A DNA stretch of 64,000 bases from Escherichia coli (GTDB lineage: Bacteria > Pseudomonadota > Gammaproteobacteria > Enterobacterales > Enterobacteriaceae), in assembly GCF_044324875.1 (NCBI RefSeq), contig NZ_CP172185.1, one strand, 5' to 3'. The notes below the pieces were generated by a model that saw only the letters and a program-made list of their open reading frames with translations, was not told where the DNA came from and ran no database searches. Position 1 is the first letter of the stretch. Every line of letters begins with the position of its first letter. The translations under genes and the position numbers were made by a program. Positions 38,418 to 50,448 of this stretch are shown here, in pieces.

Positions 38418-39575
38418 TTATTTCAGTTTGGTCTGGAAAAATTGTTCGAACTTCGCGAAAGGTATTTTTCCGGCCACGTTATCGTACAGGTCCACGTGAT
38501 TTGCCCCTGGTACCACCACCAGCTCTTTGTCTTTACTGCCAACCGCCTTGTAAGCATCTTCAGCAAAATAGCGTGAATGCGCTTTCTCACCGGTCACAAT
38601 CAGCGTCGGGATGGTGATTTCACTGGCGTAGCTCAACAGCGGCATATTCATAAATGACAGCGGCATCGTTGCCGTCCACGCCCCGGTAGAGTTAACGGAA
38701 CGTTCGTGGAAGCCGCGCGGCATGCGATAGTAGTCAAAGAACTCTTTCAGTACCGGATGAGGATTTGCCGGCAGCGTTTCTGGCAGAATGCGCTCGCCCG
38801 CACTGACCTTGCCGTTGCTGTCGACATTAATATCATGACCACCGTGAGCGAACGTTCCGCTCTGCGCATCCTTCCAGCGCTGTTCATTCAGATATTGCAG
38901 AACAGCACGACGGTCGGCGGTAGAATAACGGTCTTTGCCATCCCCCACACCATGCCCCATCGCCCGGCTCATGTCATACATCACGCTGGTAGCTACCGCT
39001 TTAACGCGGGTATCCATCGCCACGTCGTTCAGCGCCATGCCGCCCCAGCCACAAATACCGAGCAGCCCGATACGGTTGCGATCTACCTCTTTTTGCAGCC
39101 CTAAGAAATCCACCGCCGCGCTGAAATCTTCAGTGTTGATATCCGGTGAGGCGACGTTTCGCGGATAGCCGCCGCTTTCCCCGGTGTAAGAAGGATCGAA
39201 CGCCAGGGTAACAAACCCTCGTTCCGCCAGCGTCTGCGCATACAGGCCGCTGGATTGCTCTTTCACCGCGCCAAATGGCCCACTGACCGCAATCGCCGCC
39301 AGCTTGCGATCGCCACGGTCTTTAGGCAGGTAAAGATCGCCCACTAAGGTGATGCCATATCGGTTCGGGAACGAGACTTTACGGTGATCGACTTTCTGGC
39401 TCTCGGCGAACGTTTTATCCCATTTATCTGTCATGGACACAGGGGCATTAGGATTGGTTGAATCAGCATAACTCATTGTCGTGACTCCACTTAATGATGC
39501 GAAAAGCAGCATGGTCGGCATCGCGGTTTTTAGCGTGCGGGTGAAGGCTTTCATAAAAATCCCCATAAAAAACAA
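38418..39575 (-). CDS. Secreted alpha/beta-hydrolase fold protein (385 aa; start uncertain)
   Basis: Signal peptide; GICGWGG nucleophile elbow; paralog of 18025..18945. Confidence 0.65.
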   Translation of the reverse strand: MFFMGIFMKAFTRTLKTAMPTMLLFASLSGVTTMSYADSTNPNAPVSMTDKWDKTFAESQKVDHRKVSFPNRYGITLVGDLYLPKDRGDRKLAAIAVSGPFGAVKEQSSGLYAQTLAERGFVTLAFDPSYTGESGGYPRNVASPDINTEDFSAAVDFLGLQKEVDRNRIGLLGICGWGGMALNDVAMDTRVKAVATSVMYDMSRAMGHGVGDGKDRYSTADRRAVLQYLNEQRWKDAQSGTFAHGGHDINVDSNGKVSAGERILPETLPANPHPVLKEFFDYYRMPRGFHERSVNSTGAWTATMPLSFMNMPLLSYASEITIPTLIVTGEKAHSRYFAEDAYKAVGSKDKELVVVPGANHVDLYDNVAGKIPFAKFEQFFQTKLK

Positions 39576-39740
39576 CAGAGAGATACAGGTTTCCGACGGA
39601 CAACGCTGCGGTGCTTTACTTTGATGGGGTCATTATAGTGAGCAGAATTAGTGCTGATTAGTGGGCGATTAATGCTAAGATTAATACCATATTGTTATAA
39701 ATTAATGCGGAGATTGCCGGCATGAAGGGGGGATGTTTCA

Positions 39741-40625
39741 ATGGCGAAAAGGGAGAACTACAACGAGCTGTACCTGTTTATGCAGGTGGTGCGGGAAGGC
39801 AGCTTTACCGCAGCGGCTCAGCGGCTGGGTCTTGCTCAGTCAGGAGTCAGCCGTTCTGTTCGCGAGCTTGAAGAAAGGCTGGGCGTCCAGCTGCTAGTGC
39901 GCACCACGCGTAAACTGTCGCTGACACAAGCAGGCGAGCAGCTCTACCAGAAGACGGCATCTGGATTTGAAATGTTAGATCTTGGGCTTGCCACGCTGGC
40001 GCACTATCGAGAGACGCCCTCCGGCACGGTGCGTATCAATGCCAGCCAGCACGCGATTGATAAATGCCTGCTGCCAAAGCTGGCGGTATTTAAACAGAGA
40101 TATCCTGATATCCGGCTTGAACTGATAAATGAGAGCCGGTTCGTCGATATCATCGAGGAAAGATTCGATGCAGGTGTCCGCCTGGGGCCTGAAGTCGGCC
40201 AGGGTATGGTCGCGGTACGCATCACGCCCGATATGGAGATGGCAATTGTGGGGACTCCGGAACATTTTCGTCGCTATGGTTTTCCGCAAACCCCGGCGGA
40301 TTTAAAGGCGCATCCCTGTATCGCCTATCAGTTTGCCGACGGCAGCGTATACCAGTGGGAACTCAATCAGGATGATAAAAAAATCACTCATCGCCCTGAA
40401 GGGCAATGGGCCCTATCCGACAGCTATATGGAAGCAGAAGCCGCCCGGCTGGGCCTCGGATTGGCCTATGTTCCTGTTGAACTGGTCGCGGATGATTTAG
40501 AACACGGTAAGCTTATCAGGGTGTTGCAGCGTTACAGCCTGCGAATGGAGGGATTGTTTCTCTATTACCCTCATCGCAACGTCTCCCCCGCCCTGCGGAT
40601 GGTCATTGATACATTGAAAATCTGA
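39741..40625 (+). CDS. LysR-family transcriptional regulator
   Basis: LysR HTH (FTAAAQRLGLAQSGVSRSVRELEERL); close paralog of the IS-split LysR gene. Confidence 0.8.
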   Translation: MAKRENYNELYLFMQVVREGSFTAAAQRLGLAQSGVSRSVRELEERLGVQLLVRTTRKLSLTQAGEQLYQKTASGFEMLDLGLATLAHYRETPSGTVRINASQHAIDKCLLPKLAVFKQRYPDIRLELINESRFVDIIEERFDAGVRLGPEVGQGMVAVRITPDMEMAIVGTPEHFRRYGFPQTPADLKAHPCIAYQFADGSVYQWELNQDDKKITHRPEGQWALSDSYMEAEAARLGLGLAYVPVELVADDLEHGKLIRVLQRYSLRMEGLFLYYPHRNVSPALRMVIDTLKI

Positions 40626-40839
40626 ACGTTAACAACGACCGACTCTTCACTGTGCAAAATTGTGTCAGGTAGTCCCTCTGCGTTCAATTCCAGGGTCTGC
40701 TTTGAGCGAGAAAGAGGGGACTATCCAGCAATGGAGATCACCCAAAAGAAAAAACCACCTGACTCCCTCGACAACCTTCATCCGGGCATTTAGCCTCAAT
40801 CAACATGTTTATATCTGTCAGGTTACTTCATGATGAAAA

Positions 40840-40989
40840 CTGATCATCATCGTTGTTTTTGTTGCAATAGTAGAATACGCGTATTTATTCCTCCATCTCT
40901 ATTAATAACGGCAATAAACTGTTCACTTCACTGATATTTAAAATATGTATCCTTTTCAAGCTGTTCAGCGGCGTAAGAAAAAGTATTAA
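40840..40989 (+). pseudogene. Decayed remnant of a ykgR-like gene fused to the 3' end of an rpmJ2-like gene
   Basis: 40840..40905 encodes LIIIVVFVAIVEYAYLFLHLY* with no start codon; 40945..40989 encodes MYPFQAVQRRKKKY* (compare RpmJ2 ...[11 protein letters not shown]); flanks align with 20768..20880 and 21558..21710. Confidence 0.5.
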
Positions 40990-41306
40990 TTATGAATTCG
41001 ACGATTTAACCATTTCAGTCTGATTGGTAATCATCTATGATTAATGCTGGTCTATTGATTACGCCAGCATTAACCGCTTAGGGATGTATTCTTCCTGTCC
41101 ATATAGCCCTCGAAAAAGAGAGAAAATAAAACTGTGTCCAATATTAATTTACCACTTCAGACCGAAACATCGGTGGAATTAGCAGGACGACTGGTACAGA
41201 AGGATGGTATAGCGTCATTTGTCGGGCATTCCATTGCCATAATAATGACAATTTTGAAGCAATAGCCGTGCTTCTTGATCATGTCTTAAAAATTATACCA
41301 TGAGCC

Positions 41307-41537
41307 TTATGAGGCATCATTTTTACTGACTGGTGTTAACTTTGCTATCATATAAACTCTGTTCTTAAAAAACGCGCCCAGAATTTTATATGATTTTCCT
41401 TGTTTTGCTGCCTGTAAAGAAATTTCTTTTTCAGTGCTGTCGATGGTTGAACCGACGGCAGTAATCGTTTTGGCGACGCTACTGAAGGATATTAAAGACA
41501 GTGTAACCACAACAATTAAAGAATAGATAATATTCAT
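41307..41537 (-). CDS. DUF1471 (YhcN/BhsA-like) small periplasmic protein
   Basis: Signal peptide then ...ITAVGSTIDSTEKEISLQAAKQGKSYKIL...; AGGAG ribosome-binding site. Confidence 0.55.
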   Translation of the reverse strand: MNIIYSLIVVVTLSLISFSSVAKTITAVGSTIDSTEKEISLQAAKQGKSYKILGAFFKNRVYMIAKLTPVSKNDAS

Positions 41538-41752
41538 GCTAATTCTCCTGACAATTGAGAGGATGAGTTTAATATACAAAGGCATTAAATATGAGTCATG
41601 TTTACTCCCTGTGAAAATAACCTTACTGTAATTAAACCTTCATCTCCTTCGGGGTGAGCAATGCAAAATATAATGCATCTTGCTATGCAAAACAGTGGAT
41701 ATAAATTTTCCTCGCGACCTATTTAATAAAACGTGAATATAAAAGTTAGTCT

Positions 41753-42304
41753 TCAGTTTGCAGATGCAGTAGGTCTGATGGTAATTTCGGTTGTATCAAC
41801 GCTTTCGGGAGATTCAATAATATGCCTTACAGCACGGGCAATATCCGCAGGTTGAAGTGCAACAGAACGGTAGGCGTCCATTGACTTCATGGTTTCCACA
41901 TGGGTAATGGTTGAAGCCAGTTCACTTTCTACAACCCCAGGATTTACGCAGGTCACACGGATTTTCGAGCTTTCCTGCCGTAAGCCATCCGAAATAGCCC
42001 GTACTGCAAATTTTGATGCGCAATAGACTGCGCCTGTGGGCACAACAGAAAGGGCACCAATAGAACCAAGATTGATTATCTGACCGGAACCCTGTGCTTC
42101 CATCACCGGAAGTACAGCGCCAATTCCCCAAAGTACACCTTTGATATTCACGTCAATAGTGAGCTCCCATTCATCTTGTTTTCCTGCTGCAAGCGGTGAA
42201 AGCGGCATAACGCCCGCATTATTGATAAGAACATCAACTCGCCCCCAGCTATCCAGCGCTACTTGCACGAAATCTGCCATGGACTGTCGGTCTGTGACAT
42301 CCAA
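41753..42304 (-). pseudogene. 5'-truncated short-chain dehydrogenase/reductase gene
   Basis: Has NNAG and YxxxK (YCASKFA) motifs but no N-terminal TGxxxGxG Rossmann segment; 5' end abuts the integrase remnant. Confidence 0.55.
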
Positions 42305-42475
42305 CTTGCATTTTCAGAAATGGGAGGCTGGGAGTCTATCGAAATGGTTCGTCGATATGCTCACCTTGCACCTAATCACCTTACCGAACACGCACGGCAA
42401 ATAGACTCAGTCCTGAACCCATCGGTCCCAAATTTGTCCCAGTCAAAAAAAAAGGAAGGTACTAATTATGTGTAA
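42263..42475 (+). pseudogene. C-terminal remnant of a tyrosine integrase gene beside thrW
   Basis: ...[21 protein letters not shown]... (catalytic Tyr region); ends 15 bp from the tRNA 3' end. Confidence 0.65.
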
Positions 42476-42489
42476 CTTATTGATTTAAA

Positions 42490-42565
42490 TGGTGCCGATA
42501 ATAGGAGTCGAACCTACGACCTTCGCATTACGAATGCGCTGCTCTACCAACTGAGCTATATCGGC
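42490..42565 (-). tRNA. thrW: tRNA-Thr (anticodon CGU)
   Basis: 76-nt cloverleaf GCCGATATAGCTCAGTTGGTAGAGCAGCGCATTCGTAATGCGAAGGTCGTAGGTTCGACTCCTATTATCGGCACCA. Confidence 0.9.
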
Positions 42566-42679
42566 CCTGAAAGGACATGTTCACGAACGTGAATCACGGT
42601 GGACAAGGTTAAAACTAACCGGGCGATGCGTCAATGGCCTTGTGAATCAAATGGCTACTTTTGCATCACCCGGTTTTAT

Positions 42680-43933
42680 TTACGCACGAATGGTGTAATC
42701 ACCAATGCCGATCCACTTGTAAGTGGTCAGCGCTTCCAGCCCCATTGGGCCACGCGCGTGGAGTTTTTGTGTGCTTACCGCCACTTCCGCGCCCAGTCCA
42801 AACTGGCCGCCGTCGGTAAAACGCGTAGAGGCGTTAACGTAAACAGCGGACGAATCCACTTCGTTAACAAAACGCTGGGCGTTGCGCATATCGCGGGTCA
42901 GGATCGCATCGGAGTGTTGTGTGCCGTGTTCACGAATATGGGCGATGGCATCGTCAAGATCGCTGACGATTTTGACGTTCAAATCTAATGACAGAAACTC
43001 ATCGTCATACTCTTCGGCTTTAACAGCCACCACCTTCGCGGGGCCTGCCTGCAACTGCGCCAGCGCAGCTACATCTGCGTGTAATGTCACGCCGCTTTCC
43101 GCCATTTGCTTGCTTAATGCGGGCAGGAAGCTATCGGCGATGTTTTTATTTACCAGCAACGTTTCTACCGTATTACATGTGCTCGGACGCTGAGTTTTCG
43201 CGTTGACAATTACTTTCAGGGCTTCAGCGATCTCTGCACTTTCATCAACGTAAATATGGCATACGCCTATACCGCCTGTGATCACCGGAATTGTCGACTG
43301 TTCGCGGCACAGCTTATGCAAACCAGCGCCACCGCGCGGGATCAGCATGTCGATGTATTTATCCATACGCAGCATTTCACTGACCAACGCGCGGTCAGGA
43401 TTATCAATCGCCTGTACTGCACCTGCCGGTAAACCGCAGGATTTCAGGGCGTCCTGAATCACCGCCACCGTTGCAGCGTTAGTGCGGCAGGTTTCTTTGC
43501 CGCCACGCAGGATCACTGCGTTACCGGTTTTCAGGCACAGCGAAGCGACATCAACCGTCACGTTCGGCCGCGCTTCATAAATCACGCCAATCACGCCCAA
43601 CGGTACGCGACGACGCTCCAGACGCAGGCCACTGTCCAGCACGCCACCATCGATTACCTGCCCCACCGGATCGGCGAGGTTACACACCTGGCGCACATCA
43701 TCGGCAATGCCTTTCAGCCGTGCGGGCGTCAGAGCCAGACGGTCAAGCATCGCTTCGCTAAGGCCATTGGCACGCGCGTCAGCAACATCCAGGGCGTTAG
43801 CGTTGAGGATGATTTCGCTTTGTGCTTCCAGTTCATCGGCGATTTTTTCCAGCACGCGATTTTTTTCGCGGCTGGAGAGTTGCGCTAATTTATACGAGGC
43901 TTGCTTCGCGGCAATGCCCATTTGTTCCAGCAT
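42680..43933 (-). CDS. proA: Gamma-glutamyl phosphate reductase
   Basis: 417-aa aldehyde-dehydrogenase-family ORF. Confidence 0.95.
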   Translation of the reverse strand: MLEQMGIAAKQASYKLAQLSSREKNRVLEKIADELEAQSEIILNANALDVADARANGLSEAMLDRLALTPARLKGIADDVRQVCNLADPVGQVIDGGVLDSGLRLERRRVPLGVIGVIYEARPNVTVDVASLCLKTGNAVILRGGKETCRTNAATVAVIQDALKSCGLPAGAVQAIDNPDRALVSEMLRMDKYIDMLIPRGGAGLHKLCREQSTIPVITGGIGVCHIYVDESAEIAEALKVIVNAKTQRPSTCNTVETLLVNKNIADSFLPALSKQMAESGVTLHADVAALAQLQAGPAKVVAVKAEEYDDEFLSLDLNVKIVSDLDDAIAHIREHGTQHSDAILTRDMRNAQRFVNEVDSSAVYVNASTRFTDGGQFGLGAEVAVSTQKLHARGPMGLEALTTYKWIGIGDYTIRA

Positions 43934-43944
43934 CAGCCTGCTCC

Positions 43945-45048
43945 TTAACGGGTAATCATGTCATCACGGTGAACGGCAACCGGGCCATATTCATATCCCA
44001 GTATTGCATCAATTTCTTGCGAGTGGTGTCCGGCAATGCGGCGTAATGCATCGCTGTTGTAACGACTGACGCCGTGGGCGATATCGCGACCTTCGAGGTT
44101 GCAAATGCGGATGACTTCACCACGCGAGAAATTGCCAGTCACGCTTTTAATACCTTTCGGCAACAGGGAGCTGCCGCGTTCAAGAATGGCGGCGGTTGCC
44201 CCTTCATCTACCGTGATTTCACCCGCAGGTGGTGCACCGAAAATCCAGCGTTTGCGGTTTTCAAGCGGAGTCGCCTGGGCATGGAACAACGTACCGACGG
44301 AGATGCCTTCCATCACATCACCAATAACGCCCGGCTTGCTGCCCGCGGCAATAATGGTGTCGATACCCGCACGGCAAGCCACGTCTGCGGCCTGCAATTT
44401 GGTACTCATGCCGCCAGTTCCGAGGCCTGAAACGCTGTCGCCAGCAATCGCGCGCAGTGCGTCATCAATGCCGTAAACATCTTTAATCAGTTCTGCCTGC
44501 GGATTGCTGCGCGGGTCAGCGGTATACAAACCTTTTTGATCGGTCAGCAGCAACAGTTTATCGGCACCCGCCAGAATCGCCGCCAGCGCAGAAAGATTGT
44601 CGTTATCGCCGACCTTAATCTCTGCAGTAGCGACAGCATCGTTCTCATTGATTACCGGAACGATATTGTTATCGAGCAACGCACGCAGGGTGTCGCGGGC
44701 GTTCAGGAAGCGTTCACGGTCTTCCATATCAGCACGGGTCAGCAGCATTTGCCCGACGTGAATGCCATAAATAGAAAACAGCTGTTCCCACAGTTGAATC
44801 AGTCGACTCTGCCCTACCGCCGCCAGCAGTTGTTTCGAGGCGATAGTCGCTGGCAGTTCCGGGTAACCCAGGTGCTCACGTCCGGCGGCGATCGCGCCCG
44901 ACGTCACAATAACAATCCGATGCCCGGCGGCATGTAACTGCGCGCACTGGCGAACAAGTTCAACGATATGGGCACGGTTCAGACGGCGCGATCCGCCTGT
45001 TAGCACACTGGTGCCGAGTTTTACCACCAGCGTCTGGCTGTCACTCAT
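43945..45048 (-). CDS. proB: Glutamate 5-kinase (367 aa from [10 protein letters not shown]; track ORF extends upstream)
   Basis: Kinase domain plus C-terminal PUA domain. Confidence 0.95.
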
Positions 45049-45236
45049 GATTCTCTGCCATTCAATTTTAGGAAAAATGATATCAAACGAACGTTTTAGC
45101 AGGACTGTCGTCGGTTGCCAACCATCTGCGAGCAAAGCATGGCGTTTTGTTGCGCGGGATCAGCAAGCGTAGCGGCAGTTGTTTACGCTTTTATTACAGA
45201 TTTAATAAATTACCACATTTTAAGAATATTATTAAT

Positions 45237-45262
45237 CTGTAATATATCTTTAACAATCTCAG
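45237..45262 (+). promoter_or_regulatory. Pho box (PhoB site) in phoE promoter
   Basis: ctgtaatatatctttaacaatctcag, direct CTGT(A/C)A repeats about 70 bp before the start. Confidence 0.6.
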
Positions 45263-45335
45263 GTTAAAAACTTTCCTGTTTTCAACGGGACTCTCCCGCT
45301 GAATATTCGCGCGTTAATTAAAATCAGGAATGAAA

Positions 45336-46391
45336 ATGAAAAAGAGCACTCTGGCATTAGTGGTGATGGGCATTGTGGCATCTGCATCCGTACAGGCCGC
45401 AGAAATATATAACAAAGACGGTAATAAACTGGATGTCTATGGCAAAGTTAAAGCCATGCATTATATGAGTGATAACGACAGTAAAGATGGCGACCAGAGT
45501 TATATCCGTTTTGGTTTTAAAGGCGAAACACAAATTAACGATCAATTGACCGGTTATGGTCGCTGGGAAGCAGAGTTTGCCGGTAATAAAGCAGAGAGTG
45601 ATACTGCACAGCAAAAAACACGTCTCGCTTTTGCCGGGTTGAAATATAAAGATTTGGGTTCTTTCGATTATGGTCGTAACCTGGGCGCGTTGTATGACGT
45701 GGAAGCCTGGACCGATATGTTTCCGGAATTTGGTGGCGACTCCTCGGCGCAGACCGACAACTTTATGACCAAACGCGCCAGCGGTCTGGCTACTTACCGT
45801 AACACTGACTTTTTCGGCGTTATCGATGGTCTGAACTTAACCCTGCAATATCAAGGGAAAAACGAAAACCGCGACGTTAAAAAGCAAAACGGCGATGGCT
45901 TCGGCACGTCATTGACATATGACTTCGGCGGCAGCGATTTCGCCATCAGTGGAGCCTATACCAACTCCGATCGCACCAACGAGCAGAACCTGCAAAGCCG
46001 TGGCACAGGCAAGCGTGCAGAAGCATGGGCAACAGGTCTGAAATACGATGCCAATAATATTTATCTGGCAACTTTTTATTCTGAAACGCGTAAAATGACG
46101 CCAATCTCTGGCGGCTTTGCCAATAAGACACAGAACTTTGAAGCGGTCGCCCAATACCAGTTTGACTTTGGTCTGCGTCCGTCGCTGGGTTATGTCTTAT
46201 CGAAAGGGAAAGATATTGAAGGCATCGGTGATGAAGATCTGGTCAATTATATCGATGTTGGTGCTACGTATTATTTCAACAAAAATATGTCGGCATTTGT
46301 TGATTATAAAATAAACCAACTGGATAGCGATAATAAGCTGAACATCAATAATGATGATATTGTCGCGGTTGGCATGACCTATCAGTTTTAA
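45336..46391 (+). CDS. phoE: Phosphate-starvation outer-membrane porin
   Basis: Signal peptide [21 protein letters not shown], porin beta-barrel, C-terminal ...GMTYQF. Confidence 0.95.
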   Translation: MKKSTLALVVMGIVASASVQAAEIYNKDGNKLDVYGKVKAMHYMSDNDSKDGDQSYIRFGFKGETQINDQLTGYGRWEAEFAGNKAESDTAQQKTRLAFAGLKYKDLGSFDYGRNLGALYDVEAWTDMFPEFGGDSSAQTDNFMTKRASGLATYRNTDFFGVIDGLNLTLQYQGKNENRDVKKQNGDGFGTSLTYDFGGSDFAISGAYTNSDRTNEQNLQSRGTGKRAEAWATGLKYDANNIYLATFYSETRKMTPISGGFANKTQNFEAVAQYQFDFGLRPSLGYVLSKGKDIEGIGDEDLVNYIDVGATYYFNKNMSAFVDYKINQLDSDNKLNINNDDIVAVGMTYQF

Positions 46392-46429
46392 TGGATATTG
46401 CCGGATGTGATGCATCCGGCACATTTCAC

Positions 46430-46888
<459 letters not shown>

Positions 46889-48133
46889 TTAACACAATCG
46901 TTTTTCGATCCAGTCGGTGATTTCCTGAAGACCTTTGTCAAAATTCCGATACACCGGGTTAAATGGGATCTCTAACAATTTACCGTCAGCAGATGATGAG
47001 GTGATTAAGCGTGAGTCCTCTTCCGGGCTGAACGGATCGTTCTTCCAGTAGCCTGATAACATTGGCGTTGGGCAGCGACGTCCCAGCAATCCTTGCACTT
47101 TTAATGAATAGCGATTCAGCTCCACGCGCAACGCTTCGTCGGAAGCATCATGCATCCCCAAACGGCTCGCCAGAACGTCAAGATACATTTCCGGCACCTG
47201 TTGCTGGCACTTAAAATCACTCAACAGGGTATGAACTACCGGACCAAGACAGGCAACCGCTTTCAGACGCGGCGATTCAAGGTATGCCAGACGCACGGCA
47301 ACGTTAGCGCCGAAACGGAAACCAAAGGCCGCGACGCGAGTGTGATCTACCCACGGTACGTTAGGCAGCGCCTTTAAGACGTGCTGATGCAACAGGCTGG
47401 AGTCCTGGGTGAGCTTCCATTTTGAAGAAAAGCCCACCGACGGCATATCAATAGTCAGCATCGCAATGCCGCGCGGCGCAAAATAACGTTCATACAGGCT
47501 GTAATAGTCCGTCTGCATCGCATCCAGACCACCACACATTAATACTGTCGGGAACGGGCCATCGCCTTTCGGCATATGCAAAAAGCCGGTGATGGGCGCA
47601 CCGCCGGGTACGGTAAACTCCATCTGCCGCATGGTGCCCGGCAGACGCTGAGCGGCCTCTTCATAGGCGCGGTTTGACAAAGCCTGCGCTTGCTCGGCCA
47701 GGTCATCTCCTTTCAGATGAGGATAGGCGGCAATGTTGTACAACGTAGCCGCATGCAGCCAGTGACGACCACTGAGTTGCGGATCTTCTTCCGCACAGGC
47801 TTTTTGTTGCCACACCATCGCCTGGGTGGCCCACTCATAAATCCAGTTGCCACCACGGTAGCCAATCACCGTATCGTATAAATCATCGTCGGTACGTTCG
47901 GCATCGCTCATCACAATACGTGCCTGGACGTCGAGGATTTCACGTGGGTCAATGCCGCGCCAGATCCACATCAGACGGTTAATCATGCGATACCAGTGAG
48001 GGATGGTTTTACCATCAAGGGCCGACTGCACAGGCGGTTGTGCGCCGTGATTAAAGCGGCGAACTAGCGTCGAGGTTTCAGGATGTTTAAAGCGGGGTTT
48101 GAACAGGGTTTCGCTCAGGTTTGCCTGTGTCAT
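46889..48133 (-). CDS. frsA: Esterase FrsA
   Basis: 414-aa alpha/beta hydrolase. Confidence 0.9.
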
Positions 48134-48224
48134 GGATGCAGCCTCCAGAATACTTACTGGAAACTATTGTAACCTGCCTGAAGTTAAAAAGAACAACGCC
48201 CGGCAGTGCCAGGCGTTGAAAAGA

Positions 48225-48683
48225 TTAGCGACCGGAGATTGGCGGGACGAATACGACGCCCATATCCCACGGTTGTTCGATCCAGGTATCTTGCGGGATA
48301 TCAACAACATAATCATCAACCAGCGGACGACCAGCCGGTTTTGCGAAGATGGTGACAAAGTGCGCTTTTGGATACATTTCACGAATCGCAACCGCAGTGC
48401 CACCGGTATCCACCAGGTCATCAATAACGATGAAGCCTTCGCCATCGCCTTCTGCGCGTTTTAGCACTTTAAGCTCGCGCTGGTTGTCGTGATCATAGCT
48501 GGAAATACAAACGGTATCGACATGACGAATACCCAGTTCACGCGCCAGTAACGCACCCGGTACCAGACCGCCACGGCTTACGGCAATAATGCCTTTCCAT
48601 TGTTCAGAAGGCATCAGTCGGCTTGCGAGTTTACGTGCATGGATCTGCAACATGTCCCAGGTGACGATGTATTTTTCGCTCAT
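48225..48683 (-). CDS. gpt: Xanthine-guanine phosphoribosyltransferase
   Basis: 152-aa PRTase, [13 protein letters not shown] motif. Confidence 0.95.
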
Positions 48684-48943
48684 GTGAAGTGTCCCAGCCT
48701 GTTTATCTACGGCTTAAAAAGTGTTCGAGGGGAAAATAGGTTGCGCGAGATTATAGAGATCTGGCGCACTAAAAACCAGTATTTCACATGAGTCCGCGTC
48801 TTTTTACGCACTGCCTCTCCCTGACGCGGGATAAAGTGGTATTCTCAAACATATCTCGCAAGCCTGTCTTGTGTTGACAACATTTTCTGCTAACCCTGTG
48901 ACCTGCAATACTGTTTTGCGGGTGATCGACAAGGAGACTTAAC

Positions 48944-50401
48944 GTGTCTGAACTGTCTCAATTATCTCCACAGCCGCTGTGGGATATTTTTGCCAAAATT
49001 TGTTCTATTCCTCACCCGTCCTATCATGAAGAGCAACTCGCTGAATACATTGTTGGTTGGGCAAAAGAGAAAGGTTTCCATGTCGAACGCGATCAGGTAG
49101 GTAATATCCTGATTCGTAAACCTGCTACCGCAGGTATGGAAAATCGTAAACCGGTCGTCTTGCAGGCCCACCTCGATATGGTGCCGCAGAAAAATAACGA
49201 CACCGTGCATGACTTCACTAAAGATCCTATCCAGCCTTATATTGATGGCGAATGGGTTAAAGCGCGCGGCACCACGCTGGGTGCGGATAACGGCATTGGT
49301 ATGGCGTCTGCGCTGGCGGTTCTGGCTGACGAAAACGTGGTTCACGGCCCGCTGGAAGTGCTGCTGACCATGACCGAAGAAGCCGGTATGGATGGTGCTT
49401 TTGGCTTACAGAGCAACTGGTTGCAGGCTGATATTCTGATTAACACCGACTCCGAAGAGGAAGGTGAAATCTACATGGGTTGCGCGGGGGGTATCGACTT
49501 CACCTCCAACCTGCATTTAGATCGTGAAGCAGTTCCAGCTGGTTTTGAAACCTTCAAGTTAACCTTAAAAGGTCTGAAAGGCGGTCACTCCGGCGGTGAA
49601 ATCCACGTTGGCCTGGGTAATGCCAACAAACTGCTGGTGCGCTTCCTGGCGGGTCATGCGGAAGAGCTGGACCTGCGCCTTATCGATTTCAACGGTGGCA
49701 CACTGCGTAACGCCATCCCGCGTGAAGCCTTTGCGACGATTGCTGTCGCAGCTGATAAAGTCGACGCACTGAAATCTCTGGTGAATACCTATCAGGAGAT
49801 CCTGAAAAACGAGCTGGCAGAGAAAGAGAAAAATCTGGCATTGCTGCTGGACTCTGTTGCGAACGATAAAGCTGCCCTGATTGCGAAATCTCGCGATACC
49901 TTTATTCGTCTGCTGAACGCTACCCCGAACGGTGTGATCCGCAACTCCGACGTGGCAAAAGGTGTGGTCGAAACCTCCCTGAACGTCGGTGTGGTGACCA
50001 TGACTGACAATAACGTAGAAATTCACTGCCTGATCCGTTCTCTGATCGACAGCGGTAAAGACTACGTGGTGAGCATGCTGGATTCGCTGGGTAAACTGGC
50101 AGGCGCGAAAACCGAAGCGAAAGGCGCATATCCTGGCTGGCAGCCAGACGCTAATTCTCCGGTGATGCATCTGGTACGTGAAACCTATCAGCGTCTGTTC
50201 AACAAGACGCCGAACATCCAGATTATCCACGCGGGCCTGGAATGTGGTCTGTTTAAAAAACCGTATCCGGAAATGGACATGGTTTCTATCGGGCCAACCA
50301 TCACCGGTCCACACTCTCCGGATGAGCAAGTTCACATCGAAAGCGTAGGTCATTACTGGACACTACTGACTGAACTGCTGAAAGAAATTCCGGCGAAGTA
50401 A
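48944..50401 (+). CDS. pepD: Cytosol non-specific dipeptidase
   Basis: 485-aa M20-family peptidase; hairpin gtccacgcctgcgggcgtggac at 50412..50433. Confidence 0.95.
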   Translation: MSELSQLSPQPLWDIFAKICSIPHPSYHEEQLAEYIVGWAKEKGFHVERDQVGNILIRKPATAGMENRKPVVLQAHLDMVPQKNNDTVHDFTKDPIQPYIDGEWVKARGTTLGADNGIGMASALAVLADENVVHGPLEVLLTMTEEAGMDGAFGLQSNWLQADILINTDSEEEGEIYMGCAGGIDFTSNLHLDREAVPAGFETFKLTLKGLKGGHSGGEIHVGLGNANKLLVRFLAGHAEELDLRLIDFNGGTLRNAIPREAFATIAVAADKVDALKSLVNTYQEILKNELAEKEKNLALLLDSVANDKAALIAKSRDTFIRLLNATPNGVIRNSDVAKGVVETSLNVGVVTMTDNNVEIHCLIRSLIDSGKDYVVSMLDSLGKLAGAKTEAKGAYPGWQPDANSPVMHLVRETYQRLFNKTPNIQIIHAGLECGLFKKPYPEMDMVSIGPTITGPHSPDEQVHIESVGHYWTLLTELLKEIPAK

Positions 50402-50448
50402 TTACAATAATGTCCACGCCTGCGGGCGTGGACTACTGTTTGAAGCCA

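Noticed and set aside
40830-40934. 34-codon Cys/His-rich ORF MMKTDHHRCFCCNSR... as a possible metal-binding peptide
   Set aside because: Alternative frame of the decayed ykgR-like remnant with no ribosome-binding site; likely a by-product of decay
49565-50353. 262-aa ORF on the minus strand
   Set aside because: Antisense to pepD; no ribosome-binding site and biased composition
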